This document shows, piece by piece, positions 9,564 to 20,568 of a stretch of 33,337 bases of DNA. The stretch's first letter is position 1. Every line of letters begins with the position of its first letter. This stretch comes from Elsinoe ampelina (taxonomy: Eukaryota). Made by a program: the position numbers and the translations under genes. The stretch spans positions 2,721,462 to 2,754,798 of the forward strand of contig ML992502.1 of assembly GCA_010093995.1 (NCBI GenBank). Reading direction: 5' to 3'. Under the pieces are notes generated by a model that was given only the letters and a program-made list of their open reading frames with translations, searched no databases and was not told the DNA's origin.

Positions 9564-10814
9564 TCATTCGAGAACACTAGTATTACCCGGATGCTCAAAA
9601 TTGCCAGTTTCGTAGATGGCAAGCGCTTGCTTTAGCCACTGTCGACCCTCAGCCTCCTGCAGCAGTCTAGGATACTTCCATTTCGGCACAGCCCAAAAGA
9701 AGAATAGGAAAACCCATACACTCCCTAGAACAGTCTCAACACCGCCACGAAGCCTGTTGCGGTTCTGCTCTTTGGATGCAGTGTTCCAGACAATCTTCAT
9801 CGCCATGACCTCAACGAAGCAGCCACCAAAGTTCAATAAATACCACCAGATCTCCAACCACTCCATCCCGGCTCCGAGGTACCAAGAAACTGCTGCATGG
9901 CAGCATCCAGAAAGTATGAAGATGAGAAATGCAACCGTTGTCTTGTACCGAGACGACGTGGGCTTAAGCATCAGGATTTCCCGCGCCACCCAGTCCGCAT
10001 AGCTTCTGTAAGTCCTTGTGCTGACCTGATGCCAGAATCGACTCCAGAACGCCCTCAGACTCGTGATCTCGCCGAATCGCCCGAAGATCGCTGGCCAGTC
10101 GCTAGGTGAATCAATACCCGTCGAGACAAAGGCCATGGCGAGTAGACAATTTGCGCCGTCAAGGAACACCAGGCTCTCGACGATCCAGGAGACGGCGAAG
10201 TAAGTCCGAATCTGACAGTCTCTGACAGTGATGGAAGCGAGCCTTCGAATCGCAGTGGCTTTCGTGGGATACAGGTCGGACGGCTGCAGGGTGCCCACGA
10301 GCGTGCTGAAGGCGCCTGGCAAAATTAAGCGGTACGCCACGGCATAGAGTACAAGTTTGACCAAGCGACGCAGGTAGAAGGTCGCCAGGCCTTCTTGACT
10401 GCAGCGTGATGGCTCGTCGTTCTGTGTCGTCGCTCGAGTGTTCAGATTCCTTGGATTCCAGGCAATACTGTAAGCAACTCGCAAACGGCTCAGCGATCTG
10501 GCAGGAAGGTCGCCTTTTCCACCTGACATCGGCCTTTCAGCCTCCAATGTGCCTGTACTGTCCTGGATGAATAGAGTCGAGCCGACATGCAGAACATAGA
10601 GGACCATCGATTGGGTCCATAGGACTATGAGAGCTGGCTGCTCAACGTGGTCCCGGAGAGTCTGAGTGGAGATGCAACAAAGAGGCAGGAAAACCGTCGT
10701 GAAGATCTGGAAACGATCGATGTTGTGGTCACTGATTACATGACCGAAGACAAGAAGTGACAGAACGAGGTAGGCGCATGCCGTTGAGAGATGTAGCAAA
10801 TCGGAAGGCCCCAT
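9564..10814 (-). CDS. MBOAT-2 / wax-synthase-domain membrane O-acyltransferase (TRI7-like)
   Basis: Multiple TM segments, WNPR, DWPAIFG...SLRAFWSRFWHQ and FILSGCCHA motifs. Start placed at ATG 10814 (MGPSDL); upstream in-frame starts to 10943 are possible. Confidence 0.85.
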   Translation of the reverse strand: MGPSDLLHLSTACAYLVLSLLVFGHVISDHNIDRFQIFTTVFLPLCCISTQTLRDHVEQPALIVLWTQSMVLYVLHVGSTLFIQDSTGTLEAERPMSGGKGDLPARSLSRLRVAYSIAWNPRNLNTRATTQNDEPSRCSQEGLATFYLRRLVKLVLYAVAYRLILPGAFSTLVGTLQPSDLYPTKATAIRRLASITVRDCQIRTYFAVSWIVESLVFLDGANCLLAMAFVSTGIDSPSDWPAIFGRFGEITSLRAFWSRFWHQVSTRTYRSYADWVAREILMLKPTSSRYKTTVAFLIFILSGCCHAAVSWYLGAGMEWLEIWWYLLNFGGCFVEVMAMKIVWNTASKEQNRNRLRGGVETVLGSVWVFLFFFWAVPKWKYPRLLQEAEGRQWLKQALAIYETGNFEHPGNTSVLE

Positions 10815-11179
10815 GGCTGTGGTGTCATGGCGAACGGAGCAAAGGTGACTAACAAGGTCGGCATTCATAGGCACTATCCATGCTTTGGATGCACCTCTCT
10901 CATGGTCTTGGATCCATGAGGCTGATTTTGAGCCATGGATCACAGTGGGACTGCGGTCTGGGAGCGGCTCGGTGCCCTTGACACAGCTTGGATCAGTGCG
11001 CCGCTCACAAGTTTGGTTCGACTACGACGCCACATTCATTCGAAGGTGTGCACATTACACTGAGCAGGCTTGAGATTTAGAGCAAATTACGAACGATCAG
11101 ACTTCGATCAGTTCGCCTCAGACCAGAACGCCGGACCAACGCCTGAATGGAACTTGTAAAATCAACCTGCCCTACATAA

Positions 11180-11757
11180 TCAATCATTACGCAGACGGAG
11201 TGCCTGCTCCATAGCATCAATAGTCTCATCGCTGACGTTGTTGAACTGAATCGAGTCTGTCCCCATCGGCACCGGAGTCCCCTCATTGAAAGTCCCAGTG
11301 ATCGTAGTCGCCAAAACCATACAAGTCGGCGGCAGTCCAGTGACCAAGATATCTAATCATGTCAGTATTTCCGCATCGCCACCATCGTGTCAACACCCTC
11401 ACTGCCAGGCCCCGCGGCTTCGAAACCGAGGGTCGCCTTCTTGACGTCGTCGCGGCAAAGATCCCACGCGAGCTTGGCCCCGTACATCTCCTGCGGACTG
11501 CGTACGGAGAGAGCCTCGCGGGTGTATCGACGACGTCGCTTGTCGCCCTTTTTGGCGTCGCGGATGGAATCCGCCGCCGCTGCCGCTCCGCTTGCGACGC
11601 CGCCTGCTGCTGCGATCCAGGTTGCTGCTGAGACTCCGGAGGCTCCGGCCATGGCGCTGCCGACTGCGGCGATGATTGGGGGGAGAAACGCGGCGGAAGA
11701 GTGTTGAGAGAATCCGAGAAGGGCCACGGCTGCGAGTGGTGCTTTGAAAGAAACCAT
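11180..11757 (-). CDS. Small secreted protein, 175 aa (exons 11757-11403 and 11352-11180); candidate Kex2-processed precursor or effector
   Basis: Signal peptide MVSFKAPLAAVALLGFSQHSSA, an Ala/Gly-rich hydrophobic segment and a DKRRRR polybasic site. A 50-nt intron GTGAGG...ACTGAC...TAG joins a second exon (NILVTGLPPTCMVLA...ALRLRND*). Two Cys in the C-terminal domain. Confidence 0.8.
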
Positions 11758-12960
11758 GTCGATGGGTATAATGTCGGATGGAGATTGAAGAGGATTGTCG
11801 AGCGGTGCTATTGAGATTGTCGCGGTGCTGTTCTCTGATATTCTGGGACTGTTGCAAGGACACGAGACTATCATTTTATACCTTCCGGGACTGTATCTGT
11901 CTCCTCGTCATCTTCATACCTTCGCAAAGCAGCTGACAAGCTCACACGCCTTGGAAAAGCGACTTCCGCTACGGCACAATCTAATTTCAAGGGTCAAACG
12001 CCAACAAGTACTGCGGCCATTGCGACCAGATGAACCATGGTGGAGAGTCGGAGCTGTACTGAGATGGTCCAGGAACACAGTGTCGAGCACTGGATGCGTA
12101 CGAGAAGCCAGGCGTGCACGGTGCGAGGCATAAACTCGCCCCAAGACCTCGTTGATGCGTTGATGCTATGCACCAGACAAATCCGGAGACCATCTCGATA
12201 TCAGTGACTTCCTCCGTCGAAGTCTACTTGTTTGCAACGACACATCGTGCGAGTAGCTCACTCCCCCTCGTTGGTCCATTCTTCGCAAGGACACTTACCT
12301 TGTCCTGTAACTTTGTCTCGGTCCGAACACCCAGGCTGGCTTTGATGCGAAGCTGGTGTAGCACTGACAGGTTACATTAAGGGACAAGCTCCCGAAGTTC
12401 TTGCTGGTGTCCGGAACCTGAGTGAGCGGCGTGGTGCTCTATTCATAGCCCATGATGGCAGCGTCGAACCCACTAGGGTCAAAGAGGCCTGCTGGCGTAC
12501 CGGAAGTTGTCCACATAATAGATTGGCGATGTCAGAGAATAGTTTGGGGATGAACAAGAGAACCATGTTCGATCGTCCGGAGCTGATCATGAAATCGTCA
12601 TTGCAGGAAGGTCAGTTCGAAAATTGAGTGCGGAGCTACAGTAAAAAGGATTAAGATCAGCTCAATTTCGACGCGCCGCCACCAAGTCCTGAAACGTTTC
12701 AGTGGGGGCGTCGGCGCAGCACTGCTTGATTCTTCCTTGGTTCACCTCCGGGCTGTGGTGAGGCACAGCTCTGCTGTACACAGACGCTGCCCAGCAATAC
12801 GCCCGCGGTAGTGGTGACACCCAATAAGTATCCTGTCTGTATACCATTTCCGATACTACTGGCATCACCGTGGACGGATTCGGGCCCCACTGAACATTCA
12901 TAAAGCTCGAGCATTGCTGCGTCGGATCTCATCAGCAAACATTTCACAAATCACAACAAG

Positions 12961-13536
12961 ATGGCCTCCTTCGGAACCGGCCACATCTACAAGGAAGAAC
13001 GCGTCTTCGAAATCCGCTGCCCGGACCGCTTCCTCCGCGACATCCGCATCCTCATAAACGGCGAGCTCCTCTACAGCTCCAAGGCAGAAACCATCAACAA
13101 ATCCCTCAGCCAACGCAAGACCCTCCTCGACGCCGCGGGCCAGGAGATCCTTCTCGTCCGCTGGAAAACCTCCGGACTGCATCAAGCTCGTCTGATAGAG
13201 TGTCCACCTGGCACAGAGCGGTGTCAGGTGCGAACCAGCACCGTCAACCCCGGGCGGAGAGTGAGGTTGGAGACGAAGCTGCCTAATGATGCCGGGGGGG
13301 AGGTCGTGTTCGCGTGCGAGGCAGTGGACAATGGTGGACTGACGAACAGATTCTTCGTTGGGGAGACGCAGGTCGGGGAGTTGTGTATGACTGAGAGCAA
13401 CGACTTGGATTTCCTGCATGCCCAGGGACTGGATCGCTCGGCGTGGAGGCTGAGGGTCGGGGCGGGTGTAGATGTGGCGTTGGTGCTGGCTATTTGTTTT
13501 ATGAGGATTGAGGATCAGCATGCTTGGAGGAAGTGA
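12961..13536 (+). CDS. Hypothetical protein, 191 aa; probable LURP-one/tubby-C-like fold
   Basis: Coding-like codon usage and ATG context (caagATGG). C-terminal AWRLRVGAGVDVALVLAICF resembles the 'GVD-ALV' helix of LURP-one-related proteins. Confidence 0.7.
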   Translation: MASFGTGHIYKEERVFEIRCPDRFLRDIRILINGELLYSSKAETINKSLSQRKTLLDAAGQEILLVRWKTSGLHQARLIECPPGTERCQVRTSTVNPGRRVRLETKLPNDAGGEVVFACEAVDNGGLTNRFFVGETQVGELCMTESNDLDFLHAQGLDRSAWRLRVGAGVDVALVLAICFMRIEDQHAWRK

Positions 13537-13619
13537 GGCTGGCATGAAGGTATGATTATTATACAGTAATGTACATATTAAGTCTAGGTGATGGTCATGA
13601 CGTCGAAATCCCGGCACAT

Positions 13620-14433
13620 CTATTTGGAAGCATCAATTACGCCGACAGTGGCGCCAGACCACTTGCTTTCTCGACTCTCGAGGTCAGCGGCGATGAGTTC
13701 GGCATTTTGCTCGAGTGTGGTTGTGTAGCGGCTGGCGTTCATCATAATTGTGAGGGTCTTGCTAATCAAAGGTATGTGTCTCAACCATGAATGATTCCAG
13801 GCAGGTGGCATGTTCGCCGCAGCTATGAGTCGTCCTTGAGCGGTCTTGGTCGGGACAGTAAGGTCGGAGGACTCTGGGACCATGGTCATGGGACAGAGCA
13901 TGGACCAGTCGATGACATTCGGTGGCAGCGATTTGAGTAATTGGTAGTTCTGGCGATGTTCGAGGAATACGGGCATACTTGTTCGAGTCAGCTGAGTTAG
14001 GAAAGATGTTGTTGCACAGTACTCACTAGTTCGAGAGCAACGACTCAGTGCCTGGGTAATTCAGTACACCCATACCAGCTAGGAACCAGACTCTTAAGGG
14101 AGACCCTCTCTCCTCCGAAGCTTTTCGGGCAGCATCGAGGACAGCGCGAAAGATGATGGGTAAATCGCTCTTACCCCATGGTGCTGCGGCGGCTACACCA
14201 GCTGTGTTTACAACTGCATCGCATTTGTTGTTCAGAATGGCTTTGTTGATCGCTGCCGAATCTGAAGCATCGCCTTGGACAACGATGAGTTGCTGAAAGA
14301 CGGACGCGGGAAGTATCGATTCGAGCTTGGATGAAGAACGGACGTATGCGACTACACTGTGGCCATGTGTGAGGAGGGCGGGCACAAGTCGTGAACCCAC
14401 ATTGCCGGTTGCGCCGAGAAGGAGGACCCTCAT
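13620..14433 (-). CDS. Atypical SDR / NAD(P)-binding Rossmann protein, 254 aa (exons 14433-14027 and 13977-13620)
   Basis: MRVLLLGATGNVG, VQGDA, DAVVNTAG and IDWSMLCP motifs. A 49-nt intron GTGAGT...GCTGAC...AAG joins the two track ORFs in frame. Confidence 0.9.
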
Positions 14434-14971
14434 ATTTTTATAGATATCGATGTTGATCGGCGGAATTGAGTTGAGCGGAGAGAAGATCGTGGTGGATCGA
14501 AGTCGATTGGTGTTGGACTATGATCAACGGCATGATCTCGACCTCACTTATATCGAAGTGATCATTTTGCAGCCTGAGGACGTGATCCGTGATCACTAAC
14601 CCAATGACCGGCCTCGGATGAATTTTAGTAAGCGTTGTCAGCATTTAGCATCATCCTGCTACCACGATCCAGGCACCCGGCTTTGTATCCGGAGAGCCTT
14701 TGCTGAGAGGCCCTGTAGGTCGTCGCTGATTTACCATGTCATTATTCTGGCAAAGTGAAGGGCCGTGATCCGAATTGGTGCCTTCCATTAACTCGGAGCT
14801 GGAGGCCTTGTCGGATGTTTGCTTCAATGTCTCCGAGGTACAACTCTGAGTCAGCGAATTAGACCGGCTGATAAAGATGCTTACTCCCTTGTGATAGCAG
14901 TCAACTGTATGTCTTGTCATTGACCTGATCAGAAGGAACCGCCAAGCAGCCGCATCGATTGTCTAGGAGTC

Positions 14972-15830
14972 ATGCCTTCAGTGTGGGCAGATCAACCATA
15001 TAACCTCATATCCACAGAGGCCTTTTCGAATGATGTATGACTTGTAGCCTCCGGCGTGACATGAATAGCTTACCCGAAGATAGACGTCACACTCAGCCAA
15101 CTATGTAGCGACACAGATGGCGTTGGCCCACAACGGCATCATTCGCGGACTGAACTCGATATACTTGCAGGCTCCAAGCATACCTCTGCAAGACCCACAT
15201 ACGGTCCAGGATCTGCTTACCTATTGCCAATGCTGGTGCGAGTCGATGCACCACCACCACGATGCTGAGGAGGAAGTTTTCTTTCCAAACATCGAACGGA
15301 TATCCGGTGTGCAAGGACTCATGCAGAACAACGTCGATCAGCATAGAGCTTTCACTCCGGGGTTCGAGGCTTTCGATGCGTATTCGCGAAATTGCAGTCC
15401 CAAAGACTACGATCCGCAAGAGCTAAGACGCTTGATCGAGGCCTTCGCGCAGCCATTGATCCAGCACCTGAACGACGAGATAGAAACGTTGAGAGAGCTG
15501 AGGAGGTTCGATAGCGACCAAATTCGACAGGCCTACAAACAGCTTGAGAAGAAGCTGATGGACACCGACAATGTGAGTTGAATTTCTTTCGCTTTGAAAT
15601 TGTTGCCATACTGAATCACGCAGAACCGTATCGCACCTCTGGTGTTCGGGACCGCAGACAGGTCATTCGAGGGTGGTAAGCACGACTTCCCCTCCGTGCC
15701 CTTCTTTGTGCCTTACATCATCCACCATTTATTTGGGAGGGAATATCGCGGTGCCTGGCGGTTCAATCCATCCACAGCGTGGAGAGACCCCCAAGAGTTG
15801 GCGTTCAGAGGAGATAGTAGGCATTCGTGA
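14972..15830 (+). CDS. Hemerythrin-like (HHE cation-binding domain) protein, 252 aa (exons 14972-15034, 15084-15572, 15624-15830)
   Basis: WADQPYNLI N-terminus, MALAHNGIIRGLNSIY, HHHHDAEEEVFFP, DQHRAF and QHLNDEI metal-ligand motifs. Two phase-0 introns (49 and 51 nt) keep the frame. Confidence 0.9.
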
Positions 15831-16732
15831 TGTAATGAAGGTCTTTTCGGTGATTGGCGGTCGAACATATATCGTTTCGGCTAAGGCAGGATTTCTGCAG
15901 TTGAACATACCAACTCTGCCTTCCACATCGACGAGCTATGCAATAAAGGCAGACGACCGCTACAGCTTCATCAGCGTATAAAATGCGGACAGCGTCAGCT
16001 TGTCGCAATATTGAATTCTTCATTGCATGTTTGCTTCGAAGAACCAAACGACTCAGTCTTCCATTTTGACCTCGGCATGTGATGCTTGGAAATGTTCTCA
16101 AGCGGCCACGACCAGGCCAAGTCGAACGATCGTGTCAGTGTGTTATTTGGGTGTTGATTCGAATAGACGTCATGCGACTGCAAGGAACTTGGGCTCGTGA
16201 GTGTTGAAGCTCTGGGTCGAATGGTAGTGCGATTACTCATACTTTGACGTGAACTACTCGAATCTGCGCTGTTATCGATCATTCTCCTCTCTTGCCGACC
16301 ACCAACGACGACTTTCTGATGAAATACGTCCAATCACGATGGAGATATTTTCAGAAAGGTCAGGCGGAAAATCTGACAGGATCAGCTTCGGCTGAGCTGG
16401 AATTCGGCGATGCCGTTCTTGCCGTCTGATTGGCTACAGCGCTTAGGCAGGCCCTTTTACGACCTTTTGCCTGACATTGACATCCTACAGCTCAGCCTCG
16501 GACACTATCTTAACGCAATACCTAATTCTGCATCGCTTGACGTACAGAAGGCATGCCGAGAACCGCAGGCGAGCGCGGATGCCATGTCGAGCTCCATAAT
16601 TGGTTCAGACTAGGCACAGCTATGGGTAGTGTACCTTTGCCTCAATGTTTCCTATGAATCACCAGCAGACTTCAAAGACACTTTACGTCGCTTCCTTTTT
16701 CCATTCTTTCCTCACTTCATCTGACAGCAAAC

Positions 16733-17693
16733 ATGAAGCTCTACTATCCAGCATTAGTATCAACGGCTTGGGCCATGGCTATCTCACGCAACACTGATGA
16801 CTGGCATCCACCTGGACCCTATGATGGTCAGTCTCCGAACCAATCAAGCGTGTGCCTAGCTGACAGGAAGAAGCCCGAGGTCCGTGTCCCATGCTTAACG
16901 CTCTCGCCAATCATGGCATCTTGCCTCGAGATGGCCTCAACCTCACCAAGCACAATACGGTCAAGGCTTTGACATCAGCACTGAACTTCGATGTTGCCTT
17001 TGCAGAGACGCTTTGGGCAGGTGGCGTTGCCAGTAATCCTGAGCCGAATGCAGACTACTTTACGATGCTCCATCTGCGGCGGCATAATGTCATTGAGCAT
17101 GATGCAAGTTTAAGGTACGTTCCCTCGAGATGTACCATAGCATGACTAACCGAAGGAACAGCCGTCAAGATGCCTATTTTGGCAACAACTTCGACTTTAA
17201 CGAAACCATCTTCGAAGGATCCAAGGCATTCTGGGTTACCGACGTCATCGACAGACAGCAGATGGCAAATAGTAGGCTCTATCGGCAAGTTCTGTCCAAG
17301 GCCTACAACCCCACCTACCTATTCGACTCGAAGACAGAAGGCTTGAGCCTGGGCGAGGGTGCATCCGCCTTTCTTGCCTTTGGTGATCTGGACAACATCA
17401 CAGTGCGCAAGGACTGGACAGAATACCTATTCCGTGAGTTCCACGTTACTTACAGCAAGTGCCACTCTGACAGCATACCAGGGAACGAAAGGCTTCCATA
17501 CAGTCTGGGATGGACCAAGCGAGAAAGTCAAGCCAACCTCACAGACTTCAACCGCATGAGAGCCGAGATTGCAAAGTCTGCCAACCTCATGACAGGTCAG
17601 CCCAAGAAGGTTTCTGCACCCGGCATGGTGGTCCAAGACAACAATCCGCCAGCACTCCAGACTATGAGCTTCGCCGGCAGTGATGGCCTATAA
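16733..17693 (+). CDS. Secreted heme-thiolate peroxidase (short unspecific peroxygenase / chloroperoxidase family), about 272 aa (exons 16733-16826, 16874-17114, 17162-17433, 17482-17693)
   Basis: Signal peptide, RGPCPMLNALANHG (PCP heme thiolate), IEHDASLSRQD, and F-R-NERLP after splicing three 47-48 nt introns. Confidence 0.92.
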
Positions 17694-18083
17694 TGGTGTT
17701 CCTGCTCAATGAAGACACCACGTGGCACAGGTGGGGCAGCCGTTCACTCAACTTGCGAGAACACAACATCCGCTATGCCGATCTTCGTTACGCAACGCCT
17801 CCACGTGCTATATAGGTAGCCAGCCGGAGACGCCGAGGCCTCAACGGCTCGCTTTGATGATCCAGATCGGGCGGCTCGAAGCGTCCCGTGGCGACCACGA
17901 CAGATCACAGAATGTTAGCGTATTTCCTACCATGGCCTTTCTCATAGCTCCTTTGGCATCGCGCCGGCGCACACTGTCTTATGAGCACACGAAAAGTAGT
18001 AGAATATACACGAATGCACCGCTAATACACAAAAATGCTACACCTCCCCTCCCCTCCTCTCTCCCCTTTCCCCTAGACACAAC

Positions 18084-18662
18084 CTACTCAATCAACCCCC
18101 TCGCCTTACACTCCTGTATCATCTCCTTAAACTCCTTATCCCCCTCATCCGCCCTCCATTGAAACGCCGCCAGATTATCCTTCAACCACTTCTTGTCCCC
18201 TCCGGCTTCGGGCGTCATGAAACCCGCCTCGTACCCCGCCGCTATGCACCCGAAGAACATGACCATGCGCAGCGTCCGATCCGGCTTGGGCGTGCTCCGC
18301 GACACGTGCGGTAGCGGCACGATGCGGTCCCACTCGGCGATGATTTGTTCGGCGACGGATTCGAAGTCGGATTTGCTGCGTGAGGGGCCGTGGCGGACGT
18401 AGGCGAAGATGCGGTTGTTTTGGCGCTGTGAGAGGGGGAGGGTTAGTCGGTGGAGACGAGGGAGGGGGAGATGGGGGAGGGGAGAACGCACTCGTTTGCC
18501 GGCGACGTAGATGGGCTGTGAAGAGATGTCGGTGAAGCGCAGGTTGACGAAGAATTTGGGCGTGCTGAAGGCCGTCGCGTGGATGCGTGTGATTGATTCT
18601 GCGAGCTCGTCTTTTTGGGATTCGGTGAGGGGGCAGTAGTGCTCGATCTCGTAGCGGGGCAT
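18084..18662 (-). CDS. Tautomerase-superfamily protein (cis-CaaD / oxalocrotonate-tautomerase-like), 170 aa (exons 18662-18492 and 18425-18084)
   Basis: Starts MP (Pro-1), with QKDELAESITRIH, FSTPKFFVNLRF and AAGYEAGFMTPEAG. The 66-nt intron is GTGCGT...ACTAAC...CAG. Confidence 0.85.
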   Translation of the reverse strand: MPRYEIEHYCPLTESQKDELAESITRIHATAFSTPKFFVNLRFTDISSQPIYVAGKRVRSPLPHLPLPRLHRLTLPLSQRQNNRIFAYVRHGPSRSKSDFESVAEQIIAEWDRIVPLPHVSRSTPKPDRTLRMVMFFGCIAAGYEAGFMTPEAGGDKKWLKDNLAAFQWRADEGDKEFKEMIQECKARGLIE

Positions 18663-19117
18663 GGTGGGCGGGGTATGCAAGGTGCGCGGAGGTGAGGAGA
18701 TCGGCGACGACGATTGGGGAGAGGTCAATTGGAGTTGCGCTGGATGGTCGATTGCGACAAGTTGAGGCTCAGTCGAAGATTGTCCAAATATTAAATGGCT
18801 GAACGGTAGCAGTTCGGTGATTACATCATCCCATAGAACCGTTGCAGGGCCCCAGTGGTGTTGCGTTTGCGGTAGAAGCTCACCTCAACTGTCAGTGGCC
18901 CTACCGCGCGGAGATGATGAGCGAGGGAGCGAGCAGATGTGGTTAAACTTTTACAGCTCTCTGGGGGCTTCCTTGTCGCCTTGCATGATTTGCTTAGGAC
19001 ATCATTCTGGATCTTGCAATTGTTCTCCGTTTCTCACCAGCTGTGCCCTCCCGCGATTTATGCCGTCTGTAGCAATAAATGCGCGCATGATTTTGCACAA
19101 AAAAAACGAAAAAACAA

Positions 19118-19259
19118 TGCATCCTCCGGGAATCCGGTCCTGCTGCTCTCGAGTCGAATTGCTGGCGTGAACCACCTGTGGGCAGCAATCCTACCTTCGT
19201 TAAATTAGCAGGGTCTGAGGCTCTGCCAACACGTATTCTTGACAATGGACCAAGAATGC
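19118..19259 (-). ncRNA. tRNA-Gly-like but non-canonical structured element (tRNA pseudogene or tRNA-derived Pol III RNA)
   Basis: 5' GCATTCT pairs with 3' AGGATGC plus discriminator A. It begins GCATTCTTGGTCCA, ends GATTCCCGGAGGATGCA and is followed by TTGTTTTTTCGTTTTTTTT. The T-loop GGTTC is missing and the interior is about 70 nt too long. Confidence 0.45.
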
Positions 19260-19559
19260 CACTTCGTTTCATGCGACCGATGCTGATGAAAGACACCTGA
19301 TTGAGTCTGCTTTAAAATATAGTTCCTTCAATTCTGGTGGAGGGGGTCTGCTCGACCGGCGTTCTGCTTCGGCGAGCGGCGACGCGTCGAACCACTTTAC
19401 GCGACTGAGCTTCACAGGCAGCTGTCCATAATTTTCCATCACCATCACAAACACCATCGACCACTGCCTTCTGCGGCACTGCCATACTTCGCCGACTTGC
19501 ACAGCTTCCATTCCCTCCTATAATCAACCACAACCCAGCAGTGCAAGAAGTCTGCCACT

Positions 19560-20414
19560 ATGGGTATGTTACCCCTCTTCGCTCCCTCCCCTCACTAACC
19601 TCCCGCAGACTACGGCGGCGGCTACTCCACCACCTCCTACAACTCCGCCGGCGGCGGCGACTCAGGTGGCTTCATCCCCGGTGGCTCCCAAGACAGCCCC
19701 AACGCCAAACGTCGCTATGGCAAAGACACGCTCCGCCCCGTTACCGTCAAACAAATCCACCTCGCCGAGCTACCCCACCCAGACGCAGACGCCTACCTCC
19801 TCGACGGCAGCGAGACCACCCAGATCACATTCGTCGGCCAAATCATGAACATCTCCCAACAAGCGACCAACGTGACGTACAAACTCGACGACGGCACGGG
19901 TCAGATCGAGGCCAAAGTCTGGGTCGACCCGGAGAAGGCGGAGAGCGGGGAGGGCATCGGCAAGGATCTGAAAGAGCAAGGGTACGTGAGGTGTTGGGGC
20001 AAGATCAAGAGTTTTGGGAAGAAGCATGTTGTGGCGCACAGTATCAAGCCGGTGCAGGATTATAATGAGGTGAATTACCACTTGCTGGAGAGCGCGGTGG
20101 TGCATCTGCAGTTGACCAGGGGACCGCCCGGGGGTGGTGGCGGGAAGACGAATGGTGCTGGCCAGGGACAGGCGAATGGTGGGTATGGAGGGGGTGCGGA
20201 TAAGTTGGGGTCGGCGAGCAGTGCGGCCAGAAAGGTGTTCCAGTGTATTGAGAGGACGCCGCAGACGAATGAGGGGTTGCACATGCAGGATATTGCGATG
20301 CAGACGGGGATGGAGGTCGCGGACGTGTTGAAGGCTGGAGATGAGTTGCAAAGTATGGGGGTGATTTATACGACGGTGGATGATCATACTTGGGCTTTGC
20401 TTGATATTGCCTGA
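19560..20414 (+). CDS. RFA2: Replication protein A 32-kDa subunit, 269 aa (exons 19560-19563 and 19609-20414)
   Basis: ATGG|GTATGT...CTAAC...CAG intron. TLRPVTVKQI, YKLDDGTGQIE and DYNEVNYHLLE in the OB fold, and a winged-helix end GVIYTTVDDHTW. Confidence 0.95.
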
Positions 20415-20568
20415 ACGAGGAACGAAGGGGAGGGGACGGTTATGAATGCATAAGTAGGCGTCCTCGAAATGTATATCAAAGGTCATTCAGTTCATGAGTC
20501 AAAGTACAGGTACAGGGTATCTTTACGGCCATCTTGTGTCCCCAGTGCGCCACCCGTGTGGTGTGAGA

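Noticed and set aside
11900..12950. Short ORFs and a GTAAGT donor-like site on the minus strand near 12298
   Set aside because: No coherent spliced reading frame or recognisable protein could be assembled.
9564..18662. Secondary-metabolite biosynthetic gene cluster
   Set aside because: Tailoring-type enzymes are present, but there is no PKS, NRPS, terpene synthase, transporter or cluster transcription factor in the window.
19280..19300. C/D-box-like TGATGA...CTGA
   Set aside because: The boxes are only a few nucleotides apart, too close for a snoRNA.
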